From an uncultured Candidatus Peribacteria bacterium (GTDB taxonomy: Bacteria; Patescibacteriota; Gracilibacteria; Peribacterales; Peribacteraceae), in contig CAZYAK010000003.1 of assembly GCA_964645935.1 (NCBI GenBank), positions 1-57,899 of the forward strand: DNA of 57,899 nt, written 5' to 3'. The position numbers were made by a program, and so were the translations under genes. Under the pieces are notes generated by a model. That model was not told the origin of the DNA. It was given only the letters and a program-made list of their open reading frames with translations, and ran no database searches. Within the stretch, counting starts at the first letter, position 1. Every line of letters starts with the position of its first letter. Shown here in pieces: positions 27,435 through 35,830 of the stretch.

Positions 27435-27576
27435 GCCGGATTGATCGCCACCCGCGGGGCGGGACCCCCGCGGCTGGGTTAATAGGCGGGTCGGGCCTGG
27501 AAGAGATCATGCTTCTTCAGCCGTACAGCGTCATCAACCGAGTCGAACTTTTCCCGTCTCTACGCTGACACTTTTT
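27435..27576 (+). repeat. TTGATCGCCACCC-hairpin repeat module, copy D
   Basis: The first 45 nt are identical to 36751-36795 (GCCGGATTGATCGCCACCCGCGGGGCGGGACCCCCGCGGCTGGGT). The 3' part is homologous to 36817-36873. Confidence 0.75.
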
Positions 27577-27730
27577 GCACCGGGGTGGGTCAGGAAGGTA
27601 AGGGAGGTCCAGGAGGGGGTAGGGAACCGGACAAGGTTCCCTCCTCTTCCTGGGACCAACCCCTGCCGGAACTATCGGATGAAGGACGACCGAAGCGATG
27701 CGCTTCTGGATCGTACGAAAAAAATGACTG

Positions 27731-27816
27731 CCTCACTCCCACTCAATCGTGCCCGGCGGCTTGTTGGTAAGGTCCAGAAAGACGAGATCGACGCCATCGA
27801 GCGCCAAGACACGCTC
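27731..27816 (-). pseudogene. orphan duplicate of the guaA 3' end (last 27 codons, stop and 2 nt); left copy of an 86-bp direct repeat
   Basis: 86/86 identity with 28392-28477. Encodes ERVLALDGVDLVFLDLTNKPPGTIEWE* but has no upstream guaA sequence. Confidence 0.9.
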
Positions 27817-28391
27817 TGTTATCAAGCCGAGGACGTCGCGTCGTGGGCTTGGGACGCGATCCCCTGGGACAAAGAACTGGAGAACGAAAGCCTCGATCTG
27901 CGAAGAGCTTCCCATTTCTTTGTACGCGACAAAGAAATGGGAGAAAGAAAACGCCGACCTGCCAAGCCGCCGGCCTCCAGCGGATAGGGCTCCGCCGCTC
28001 ACTCGTTGAATCACACGTACCCTCACGCTCCGGCCGCAACCACTGACCTACTGTGGCAGGTCGAGGGGTACGGCTCAGGCCCTGCTCGGAAGGGATCAGT
28101 GGTTTCAGACGAGTGTTGCCAAGGAACCACACAAACAATCACACCCATCTCTGGAGCCCGGCCCCCTCCATGAAGATCGCGCATGCTGTCTGAGGAGGGC
28201 CTGCGGGCCCGACGAGTTCTTGCGCGGGCGCCTTTCTTTCCGCCGTTTCTTTGGCGCGTACAAAGAAACGGCGAACCCTGGCGGAGAAGACTCCCGCTCG
28301 AGAACATGTAGCCCCAGGATCGCACACAAAAAGTACCACCCTCGGTGGTGCGGATGGCACGAGGAGAACAGACGGTTCCATTGATCGCCAC
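27817..28391. mobile_element. 575-bp ORF-less hairpin-rich insert between the guaA-tail repeats (integrated-element remnant or non-autonomous element candidate)
   Basis: Flanked by the 86-bp direct repeats. Inverted copies of the GTTTCTTTG..CAAAGAAAC hairpin at 27911-27941 and 28242-28272. Blocks homologous to 31-270. Ends in TTGATCGCCACC. Confidence 0.45.
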
Positions 28392-28393
28392 CC

Positions 28394-30196
28394 TCACTCC
28401 CACTCAATCGTGCCCGGCGGCTTGTTGGTAAGGTCCAGAAAGACGAGATCGACGCCATCGAGCGCCAAGACACGCTCCGTCATGCTCTGGAGCACGGAAG
28501 GCGGGAGGACGAAGGCGTGGGCCGTCATCGCGTCGGTAGAGACGATAGGGCGCAGCACCACAGACTGGCCACCGGCGCGTGTGCCGAATGGCAGCAGCAC
28601 TACGGGGAACTGCCAGATCTCCCCATCCAAAGCGGCGCGCACCATCTCTTCGTGCACAGCGGCGTCGGCCTCGCGCAGGAGGTCAGCACGCTGACGCGTG
28701 ATGGCCCCGGGGGTGAAGGTGAAGGCGACAGGCGGAGCGGTACGTGAGGTGCAGAGCAGCACGCGATTGAGCGTGGGGTGGGAATTCGGGACCGACGTGG
28801 CTAGATGCAGGTGCTCTTCGGTGACGACGGTTGGCCGGTCCGAGAAGAGCGCCACCGCGTGGCGGTACGTGCGGCCGTCACCCTGCACGCCCACGGACTT
28901 CACGGGGAGGATGGCGTGCGTGCCTAGGCGTGCGGTGTCGCTGCGCCCGGGAAGGTCGGGGCCATTGGCGCAGAGAATGCGCACCCCAAGTCCCGGTCCC
29001 GGGAACGGATGGCGCCACACGAGAGCTTTCGGCAGACCCAGCTCCTCGCCAAGCAGGCGCACTTCGTCTTTGTAGAGCTCCTTGAGCGGCTCGATCACGA
29101 GGCCGGCGTCGATCATCTTCTGCACCGCATCTACACGATTGTGGTGCGTCTTAATATGGTCTGCATGCTTGGTACCGCCAGTCTCGATGGTGTCGGGGTA
29201 GATGGTCCCCTGGCCCAGCATCCAGCCATCCTCCACGCGAAGGTTCAGCCGCTCACTCACGCGCTTCTGCACAGCCAGGAACGTGTCGCCGATGATCTTC
29301 CGCTTAGCCTCGGGCTCGGTCACGCCCTCCAGGTTCTTGAAGAATTCGGCCGAAGCGTCCTCCACTTTGAGGTTGGTGATGCCAAGCTTCTCAAAGGCCT
29401 CCGTAATGAGCGCAACTTCGTTTTTCCGCATCAGGCCCGTGTCGACGAGCAGGCCCTGCACGCGGTCCGCGCCAAGCACCTTGTTGAGGAGCGTGAACGC
29501 GACGGAGGAATCCACGCCGCCGGAGACGAGCATGAAGACCTTGCGATCGCCGACCTCTTTGTTGAGCGCCGCACCCACATGGTCCTCGAAGCTGGTCATG
29601 GACCAGGGCGCAGGCTCGCAGAGCATCACGAAGTTCTTGAGGAGATCCATCCCGTGCTCCGTGTGTGTCACCTCCAGGTGGAACTGCGCGCCGTAGAGAC
29701 GACGCTTCTCGTCCGCCATCGCGGCGTAGTCGCCCACCGCGGTCTTGGCGGACTGCGAGAAGCCCTGGGGCAGGACGCTCACCTCGTCGCCGTGGGACAT
29801 CCACACCGTGAAGGTTTTGGGCAGACCCTTGAAGAGCGCGCCGTGGCTGGTGACGGTAAGGGGCGTCTTGCCGTACTCCTTCACCTTCCCCGGGGTGACC
29901 TTGCCGCCGAGGACCTGGGCCAGCCACTGATGGCCGTAGCAGAGGCCGAGCACGGGGATGCCGAGCTCCAGGATCGTGGGGTCCGCCTGGGGGCTCCCCT
30001 TCTCATACACGCTCTGCGGTCCTCCGGAGAGGATGATCCCCGCGGCGCCTGTGAGCTCCTCAGCCGGCGTCTCCGCCACGCGGATCTCCGAATACGCCCC
30101 CAGACGCCGGACGCGGTTGGCGATGAGGTGGGCGTACTGCCCGCCGAAATCCAGGATGACAATGGAGCCGGGGTGGATGGGAGGCGGGCCCTTCAT
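28394..30196 (-). CDS. guaA: GMP synthase (glutamine-hydrolysing)
   Basis: GATase (ILDFGGQYAHLIANRVR, LGLCYGHQ), the ATP-PPase P-loop SGGVDSS and the canonical C-terminus KPPGTIEWE. Start at MKGPPPIHPG. Confidence 0.95.
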   Translation of the reverse strand: MKGPPPIHPGSIVILDFGGQYAHLIANRVRRLGAYSEIRVAETPAEELTGAAGIILSGGPQSVYEKGSPQADPTILELGIPVLGLCYGHQWLAQVLGGKVTPGKVKEYGKTPLTVTSHGALFKGLPKTFTVWMSHGDEVSVLPQGFSQSAKTAVGDYAAMADEKRRLYGAQFHLEVTHTEHGMDLLKNFVMLCEPAPWSMTSFEDHVGAALNKEVGDRKVFMLVSGGVDSSVAFTLLNKVLGADRVQGLLVDTGLMRKNEVALITEAFEKLGITNLKVEDASAEFFKNLEGVTEPEAKRKIIGDTFLAVQKRVSERLNLRVEDGWMLGQGTIYPDTIETGGTKHADHIKTHHNRVDAVQKMIDAGLVIEPLKELYKDEVRLLGEELGLPKALVWRHPFPGPGLGVRILCANGPDLPGRSDTARLGTHAILPVKSVGVQGDGRTYRHAVALFSDRPTVVTEEHLHLATSVPNSHPTLNRVLLCTSRTAPPVAFTFTPGAITRQRADLLREADAAVHEEMVRAALDGEIWQFPVVLLPFGTRAGGQSVVLRPIVSTDAMTAHAFVLPPSVLQSMTERVLALDGVDLVFLDLTNKPPGTIEWE

Positions 30197-30322
30197 GGAC
30201 GGAGTGTACGGAACGCAGACGACGCACCGCAACGCACGGTTATTTCCTCTGTGTGCCGCGAGAAACTAAAAACACATCATTCATCATATTGCATTTCTTG
30301 GCAACCAGCGGAGAATACACCC

Positions 30323-31549
30323 ATGTCACTCGAGTCGCAGCCCACATCTGGGATCGACGAGCATGATGCCATCGTCCAGCAGACGGTGCTGGATCCAACC
30401 AGGAGTCCTACAGATATCCATCAGGTGCGGCCGCGAATTCGGCAGGTCCTCAATACAGACACGCCCCCCGTCAACTATCTAGAGCCCACGATACACACGC
30501 CGACCCGGGTCCGTGGGTACTCCACGCCCTCTCGCGCCGTGCAACGGCTCTACCCAACAGCCTTGGAGATCGGGCATGGAGCGGAGAGCGTGGTCTTTCA
30601 TAGCCACAAGCCCAGCCTCTTGGCCATACTCCACGAGGGAGAGCACCCTGTGGACCCACTGAGCGGGAATAGAACGCCTGGTAATTACTTCTCGGCCGTG
30701 ACCAAGGCGTGCGAGCACCCCGTGGACGAGGACGAGTTAGCCCGCGAATACCTGCGGTACCGCGAGCGCCTGAATGTCCTCCAGCGCATCTTGGCGCGGG
30801 ACGAGTACCTCGGCCCGGCCGAGGCCAAGGACGCAGTGGTGAAAGTGGTGCCCTCCCAGATCCCGGACGGAGACACCGACCATCCGGTCCTGAACCAGCG
30901 CTTCGTGCCGGAACAGTCGCTCAACCGCTGCCTCCAAGTGCGCGGCTGGTACGCGGAACTGGTACGGAATGGTGACGAGGACCCGGAAAGCCGCCTTACG
31001 ACTCCAGAGGAGCAGGACGACTACCAGGCAATCACGGAGATCACGCTGCTCGGGCAACACATGGATGGCTTTAATCGCGACAAGTTCTTGGATATCCAAG
31101 GCTGCGCGCAGCTGCGGACGCTGGTGCGCTCGTGTGACCATCGACCCACTCGCAAGGCGTACGTCACGCGCCTGCTTGCGGGCATGATGGCCGTCACGAC
31201 GGAAACCCAGGAACTCTTCGATACCGCGGGCTTCGGGAATATGCTCGTGTTCCACCGCGGCGACGATCTCACCGAGCACACCTCGCGCCTGATCGATCCG
31301 TACTTCTCCGATGAAGACATTTTGACGCGGGGGTGGAACGGACTCGAGCGTCTTCGGTCTGGGGAGACGCCGCATCTGGGAGATTTGATGGCCACGATCA
31401 ACTACGTCAACTCGCAGCGCACCGTGCGCGGGCTCGCGCTCGCGCTGGGGATGCAGCTCCCTCCCCCGCCGCTCCCTCCGGGATGGACCCGCGCCGAAGT
31501 GAACTTCCGTCCGCTTATCGAGGCGTTCCGGACCCGGATCCCCCACTGA
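30323..31549 (+). CDS. hypothetical protein (408 aa), weak kinase-like features
   Basis: 3' part of ORF 29009..31549, from the first ATG after the end of guaA. IGHGAESVVF Gly-rich loop, D-x5-N (DTAGFGN), LIDP. Confidence 0.6.
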   Translation: MSLESQPTSGIDEHDAIVQQTVLDPTRSPTDIHQVRPRIRQVLNTDTPPVNYLEPTIHTPTRVRGYSTPSRAVQRLYPTALEIGHGAESVVFHSHKPSLLAILHEGEHPVDPLSGNRTPGNYFSAVTKACEHPVDEDELAREYLRYRERLNVLQRILARDEYLGPAEAKDAVVKVVPSQIPDGDTDHPVLNQRFVPEQSLNRCLQVRGWYAELVRNGDEDPESRLTTPEEQDDYQAITEITLLGQHMDGFNRDKFLDIQGCAQLRTLVRSCDHRPTRKAYVTRLLAGMMAVTTETQELFDTAGFGNMLVFHRGDDLTEHTSRLIDPYFSDEDILTRGWNGLERLRSGETPHLGDLMATINYVNSQRTVRGLALALGMQLPPPPLPPGWTRAEVNFRPLIEAFRTRIPH

Positions 31550-32903
31550 GCGCAGCGGCCGAGAGCAGCCACAGCGTAAACGCCACTGCGGCGTCCTCCC
31601 ACGCGTGCAGAAAAAGCGCCCCCACGGCGATGCCCAGCACGGCCAGGCGCAGCCCCGTCACTCCCGGGCCCGCGCGGCCGAGGCGGACGATCAGCAGAAT
31701 GGTCAGCGCCAGGAAGACCGCAAAACCCAGCACACCCAACTCCACACCGATCTGCAGATACCAGTTCTCCGGCAGGAAGGGACACACGCACGCACGGTCC
31801 GTGGGCTGCACCTGCTGGTCGCCCACGAGCACACAGAGGCTGGGCCGATCCGCGGCCCACGACGCGTCCGCGCCCGCGTCCAGGAACACACACGCGTCGC
31901 TGACGCGATTGCTGGCGGGGCCTGCGGCGCCGAGGCCCTCGCCAAGCGGGCTGCGGACGATGCGCTGAATGGCCTGAATGGGACGCGTGATGTGGTCGCG
32001 CGAGGAAGCAAATCGCAAGAAGACGGCAGGTGCGAGCAGCGATAACGCGAGGATGACGAGTGTGGCGAAGCCCGCGGCGGACGCCAGCAGCCACACGCGC
32101 ACCTTGCCCGGCACGGTGAATGCGACAGCCGTGAGCCCGATGGCGAAGGCGCCGATCCACGCCGAGCGCGAGTACGACAGCAGCACGCACAGGCCCGACG
32201 CCATCATCAGCGCGAGCGCGAGCAACGTCGCGCGGTTGCCGGCGCGGGAACGCAGGGCATTCACCAGCATCGCGGCGGCCACGCTCCAAGGCAGCAGCAT
32301 CCAGAGGCCCAATTGGTTGGGGCCGCTCATGGCGCTCTGCATCCGGCGCAGCCCCGTGCTCCCGATCTGCTGGTACGCGGCCAGCGGCCCACCGGGGACG
32401 TAGAGCGAGTGGAGGTCGGAGTAGCCCAGCGCAGAGAAGAACGCGTCGGGGGCCAGGAGCGCCAAGAGCCCGTACGCGGCAAGGACGGCGGCGGCCCCGG
32501 CCAGCACCTTCCCGGCGAGGCGCAGGAAGGCGGGAGACCACTGCGCGCGACGCAGCACCACGAACGCCAGCGGCGCGAGGAGGTCGTACTTGAAGCCGAG
32601 GGCGAAGAGCTTGGGGTCGCCGTGCGTAAACGCTGTCACGAGCACAGCCAGGGCGCCAAGCGCGAGGATCAAGGCATCGAGCTCGTCGATTTTTTTCCAA
32701 TCCGCGCGTCCCCGGCCGATGATGATCTCCGCGGCGGCAAGCGCGAGGAGGACCCCGAGCAGCCCCTCCTTCCAGAGCGCGAGCGCGGCCATCGGCGCGT
32801 GACCGGGGCCCGTGAGCACGCGCGTCCCGACGGTGACGAACAGGGCATGGAACGGGAGTAGGCCGATGAGGACGAGCGAAAGCGCTTCGCGGAGACGGCG
32901 CAT
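31515..32903 (-). CDS. O-antigen ligase/polymerase-like (Wzy_C-type) membrane protein
   Basis: ~12 predicted TM segments, a central loop typical of the family, and a glycosylation gene neighbourhood. Start at MRRLREAL. Confidence 0.6.
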   Translation of the reverse strand: MRRLREALSLVLIGLLPFHALFVTVGTRVLTGPGHAPMAALALWKEGLLGVLLALAAAEIIIGRGRADWKKIDELDALILALGALAVLVTAFTHGDPKLFALGFKYDLLAPLAFVVLRRAQWSPAFLRLAGKVLAGAAAVLAAYGLLALLAPDAFFSALGYSDLHSLYVPGGPLAAYQQIGSTGLRRMQSAMSGPNQLGLWMLLPWSVAAAMLVNALRSRAGNRATLLALALMMASGLCVLLSYSRSAWIGAFAIGLTAVAFTVPGKVRVWLLASAAGFATLVILALSLLAPAVFLRFASSRDHITRPIQAIQRIVRSPLGEGLGAAGPASNRVSDACVFLDAGADASWAADRPSLCVLVGDQQVQPTDRACVCPFLPENWYLQIGVELGVLGFAVFLALTILLIVRLGRAGPGVTGLRLAVLGIAVGALFLHAWEDAAVAFTLWLLSAAALSGGSGSGTPR

Positions 32904-32934
32904 GGCGAAAGTGTAGCACCGCCCCACGGCCCCC

Positions 32935-34266
32935 TCAGAACCCTAGCCGCTCCTCCTCCGACCGGAAGGCATCGCCCTTGGCGAGCACCGCCTCCACGGC
33001 GTCGATGCAGCGAGCGCTGACATCCTTGCCGTAGAGTTTTGCTGCGCCACGCATGGCGGGATGATCCCAGGCGTACGCGATGAGGCTCTGGATGACGCCG
33101 GCATGGAGCGGCGGGGCGATGATGTTGCCGCCGTTGATGGCGGACTCGGCGCGATCGGACCCAAAGCGCAGCGTGACGCAGGGCACCCCGAGCACATTCA
33201 TCTCCTCCTGCATGGAACCCGAATCCGTGGCGCAGACGGCCGCCTTGCTCATGGCGGCGATGACGTCGCCATACTCCGGCCAGACGGGCGAGAGGATGAA
33301 GTTCTTGTGCGTGTTGGCCAGCCCCGTGATTTCCTCCCGCAGGCCAAAGCGATCAAACGCGGCCTCGGTCTGGAACATGGTGATGAGGAGGACGTTTCGC
33401 CCCTCTTGGATAAGCGACACCATCGCATCATAGATCGCACGGAAGCGCTTCTCCGAGAGGCAGTTCTCCCGGCGGTGGATGCAAAAACGCACGAAGTCTC
33501 CATCCGCGAGGAGCGGAAACTTGGTGAAGATGGACGATGCACCGGCGTTCCGCAGCGACTCCTCCGTGGCGTCCACGACGGAATTGCCCACCACGGCGAT
33601 ACGGTCCTCTGGGTATCCCTCGCCCAGGAGGAACTCGCGGTCCAGCTCCACGGGCGCCAGGTGGATGCCCGTGGCGGCCTCACTTGCACGCGTGTTGAAC
33701 TGCTCGGGGTACGGTTCCAGCGAGCCGCGTCCCCAGTGCGCGCGGTCCTGCTGGAACGCATGCCAGGCGGTGCAATCGAGCTGCTTCCCTGTGAACGCCT
33801 CCTTCCCGAAGCCCGCGAAGTCCGGCGTGAGGGTGCGGATACCAGCCTCCACGTGCACGGAGGCGAATCCGTGGCAGAACCCCGCGTTGCTCGCGGCCAT
33901 CGCGGTGGTGGTGTCGCCGTGGACGTAGGGCACTACGGTCTTGCCGCGCTTCTTGAGCTCTTCGATGACGCTGCCCAATCGCCCGATGATCTGGCTGACG
34001 ACCTCGTGCATGGACCCACGCACGCCCAGGTTGAAGTCCGGCTGCACGCCAAACTCCCTGAGCATGCCTCCGCTCAAGTTCTCGTCATAGTGCTGACCCG
34101 TGTGCCCGAGCACGACGTTGTGGCCGCGGCGCAGGAGCTCTTTGTAGAGCGGCACCTGCTTGATGATGTCGGGCTTCGTGGCGATGAGGATGAGGTGCAC
34201 GTGCCGGCCGGGCTTGGCGGCGACCTGGTCGAAGAATCCGGGATCGGTGAACGTGATTTCCTGCAT
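32935..34266 (-). CDS. UDP-N-acetylglucosamine 2-epimerase family protein
   Basis: LIATKPDIIKQVPL, GQHYDENLSG, VHGDTTTAMAAS and HVEAGIRT are characteristic epimerase_2 motifs. Start at MQEITF. Confidence 0.8.
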   Translation of the reverse strand: MQEITFTDPGFFDQVAAKPGRHVHLILIATKPDIIKQVPLYKELLRRGHNVVLGHTGQHYDENLSGGMLREFGVQPDFNLGVRGSMHEVVSQIIGRLGSVIEELKKRGKTVVPYVHGDTTTAMAASNAGFCHGFASVHVEAGIRTLTPDFAGFGKEAFTGKQLDCTAWHAFQQDRAHWGRGSLEPYPEQFNTRASEAATGIHLAPVELDREFLLGEGYPEDRIAVVGNSVVDATEESLRNAGASSIFTKFPLLADGDFVRFCIHRRENCLSEKRFRAIYDAMVSLIQEGRNVLLITMFQTEAAFDRFGLREEITGLANTHKNFILSPVWPEYGDVIAAMSKAAVCATDSGSMQEEMNVLGVPCVTLRFGSDRAESAINGGNIIAPPLHAGVIQSLIAYAWDHPAMRGAAKLYGKDVSARCIDAVEAVLAKGDAFRSEEERLGF

Positions 34267-34379
34267 GGGAAGCCACTCTAGCACAGGCCACGGAATGTTG
34301 ACATAATGATTTATTTTTGTGATAATCATCATAATCCAGGCCTGACCTGGTACACGTTCCTTGCGAATCGGAGCTTCCG

Positions 34380-34652
34380 ATGTCCGCGTTCAACGGCTGG
34401 GATAGGTTCGAATACGCCCACTGCATCTGCTACAGACGGCAGCTGGCCGATGGCTTCCAGATCGAGGCCAGCGGCAGGGTCCAGGACGGCCACATCGATG
34501 TGGCCGGCTACTTCGGCGGCCTCAATGGCCGCGGCACCTCGCTGCACGTCCTCGCTGTCGCGAACCCGGCCCAGCTCGACGAGCTGAAGGTCGCCTGCAC
34601 GCACACGTTCGGCAATCTGCCCATTGTGGACCACGACGGGCGACCGCTCTGA
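34380..34652 (+). CDS. hypothetical protein (90 aa)
   Basis: Strong GC3 bias in this frame; the overlapping antisense ORF lacks it. Confidence 0.55.
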   Translation: MSAFNGWDRFEYAHCICYRRQLADGFQIEASGRVQDGHIDVAGYFGGLNGRGTSLHVLAVANPAQLDELKVACTHTFGNLPIVDHDGRPL

Positions 34653-34707
34653 TCCCGGAACCTCCCCTGCGCCCACCGGCGCGGGGGAGATCCTCATGCG
34701 TGCATGG

Positions 34708-35352
34708 TCACTTCTTGCTGGCGTCTTGCGTCTTCTGGATCCCGGGAACGTCCAGCATCTCGCGCTTCACGACCTTGTCGCCATCGAAGGTGTAGACGTA
34801 GGGCGTGACGAGACCGATCTCCATGCTGGAGGCCGCCTCTTTATCCAGGCCTTCCAGGAACTTCATGATGGGGCGCAGGCTGTTGCCGTGCGCGGCGATG
34901 ATGACATTCTTGCCGGCGACGAGGTGCGGCAGAACGTACTGATGGAAGAACGGCATCGTGCGGCGCTCGCAGTCCTCCATGCTCTCGCCGTTCGGGGGAC
35001 GCGTATCGTAGCTCCTTCGCCAGAGCTTCACCTGCTCCGCGCCGTACTTCTCCGCGGTTTCGGCCTTGTTGAGGCCCTGGAGATCACCGTAGTGGCGCTC
35101 GTTGAGGGCGGAGTCGTACTCGGTGGGCACCGAGATCCCCATGGCCTCCAGGACGGCCCTGAGCGTGTCATTGGCTCGCTTGAGGCGGGAAGTGAAGGCG
35201 AGGTCAAAGGCGTACTTGCCTTTGAGCGCCTGGCCCGTGAGGGCAGCATCGGCGGCGCCGCGCTCGGTGAGCGGAACGTCGGTCCATCCCGTGAAGCGGT
35301 TCTCCAGGTTCCACTGGGACTGGCCGTGGCGGATGAGGACGAGGGTGCTCAT
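34708..35352 (-). CDS. gpmA: 2,3-bisphosphoglycerate-dependent phosphoglycerate mutase
   Basis: MSTLVLIRHGQSQWNLENRFTGWTDVPLTERG is the canonical GpmA N-terminus. Confidence 0.93.
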   Translation of the reverse strand: MSTLVLIRHGQSQWNLENRFTGWTDVPLTERGAADAALTGQALKGKYAFDLAFTSRLKRANDTLRAVLEAMGISVPTEYDSALNERHYGDLQGLNKAETAEKYGAEQVKLWRRSYDTRPPNGESMEDCERRTMPFFHQYVLPHLVAGKNVIIAAHGNSLRPIMKFLEGLDKEAASSMEIGLVTPYVYTFDGDKVVKREMLDVPGIQKTQDASKK

Positions 35353-35452
35353 AACGGGGAGGGTGGGGCGGACAGGCAGAGATGCTAGCAGGGCTGTTCC
35401 AGGAGGCCAAATCTTGCTATACTGGATGCGAAAATACACTCCTCCACCGGAT

Positions 35453-35830
35453 ATGCACTTCCACCTCTCCCAGCTGACGCAGCGGTTCAAGTTCACCCAC
35501 ACCTACGCGTGGGCCCTCTTGGTGAGCTGCCTCGTGGTGGCGCTGGCAGCGACACTCGCACGCGCGTCGCTCAACCTCGCAGGAGCGCTCGTGAATAAAC
35601 CCGATATCGCGGTACTCATGCTCCTGCCAGAGGAAGAGGTCACGGCCTCCTCGCTCCTGCGCGCAGAAGGCGACACGCGCGACTACTTGGTGATGACCAA
35701 AAACGGCGCCAAGCTCGTGAAGCTCCACAAGGGCGTCGAACACTGGTTTGTGCAGGAGACGATCCCGCTGCACGAGGGGCCGGCCCTTCATGAGGGTCCG
35801 CCCATGGGCACCGGCGCGGCGCGTCCGTGA
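35453..35830 (+). CDS. hypothetical membrane-anchored protein
   Basis: MHFHLSQ... with the TM segment WALLVSCLVVALAATLA. An alternative ATG lies at 35426. Confidence 0.45.
   Translation: MHFHLSQLTQRFKFTHTYAWALLVSCLVVALAATLARASLNLAGALVNKPDIAVLMLLPEEEVTASSLLRAEGDTRDYLVMTKNGAKLVKLHKGVEHWFVQETIPLHEGPALHEGPPMGTGAARP

Noticed and set aside
27733-28026. 97-aa minus-strand ORF as a real gene
   Set aside because: Its only protein-like part is the duplicated 27-codon guaA tail. The rest is translated repeat/hairpin DNA with no start context.
27911-28272. GTTTC...GAAAC palindromes as CRISPR repeats
   Set aside because: Only three copies occur in the window (38, 27911, 28242). One is inverted, the spacing is irregular, they share long flanking homology, and no cas genes are present.
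27731-28477. guaA-tail duplication as a diversity-generating retroelement (TR/VR pair)
   Set aside because: The two copies are 100% identical with no adenine-specific differences. No reverse transcriptase is nearby, and guaA is not a plausible DGR target.
29009-30322. 5' two-thirds of the 846-aa plus-strand ORF 29009..31549
   Set aside because: It runs antisense to the well-supported guaA gene. It has the R/G/H/L/A/D-rich composition typical of off-strand ORFs in GC-rich DNA. Only the part after guaA (from the ATG at 30323) is kept as a gene.
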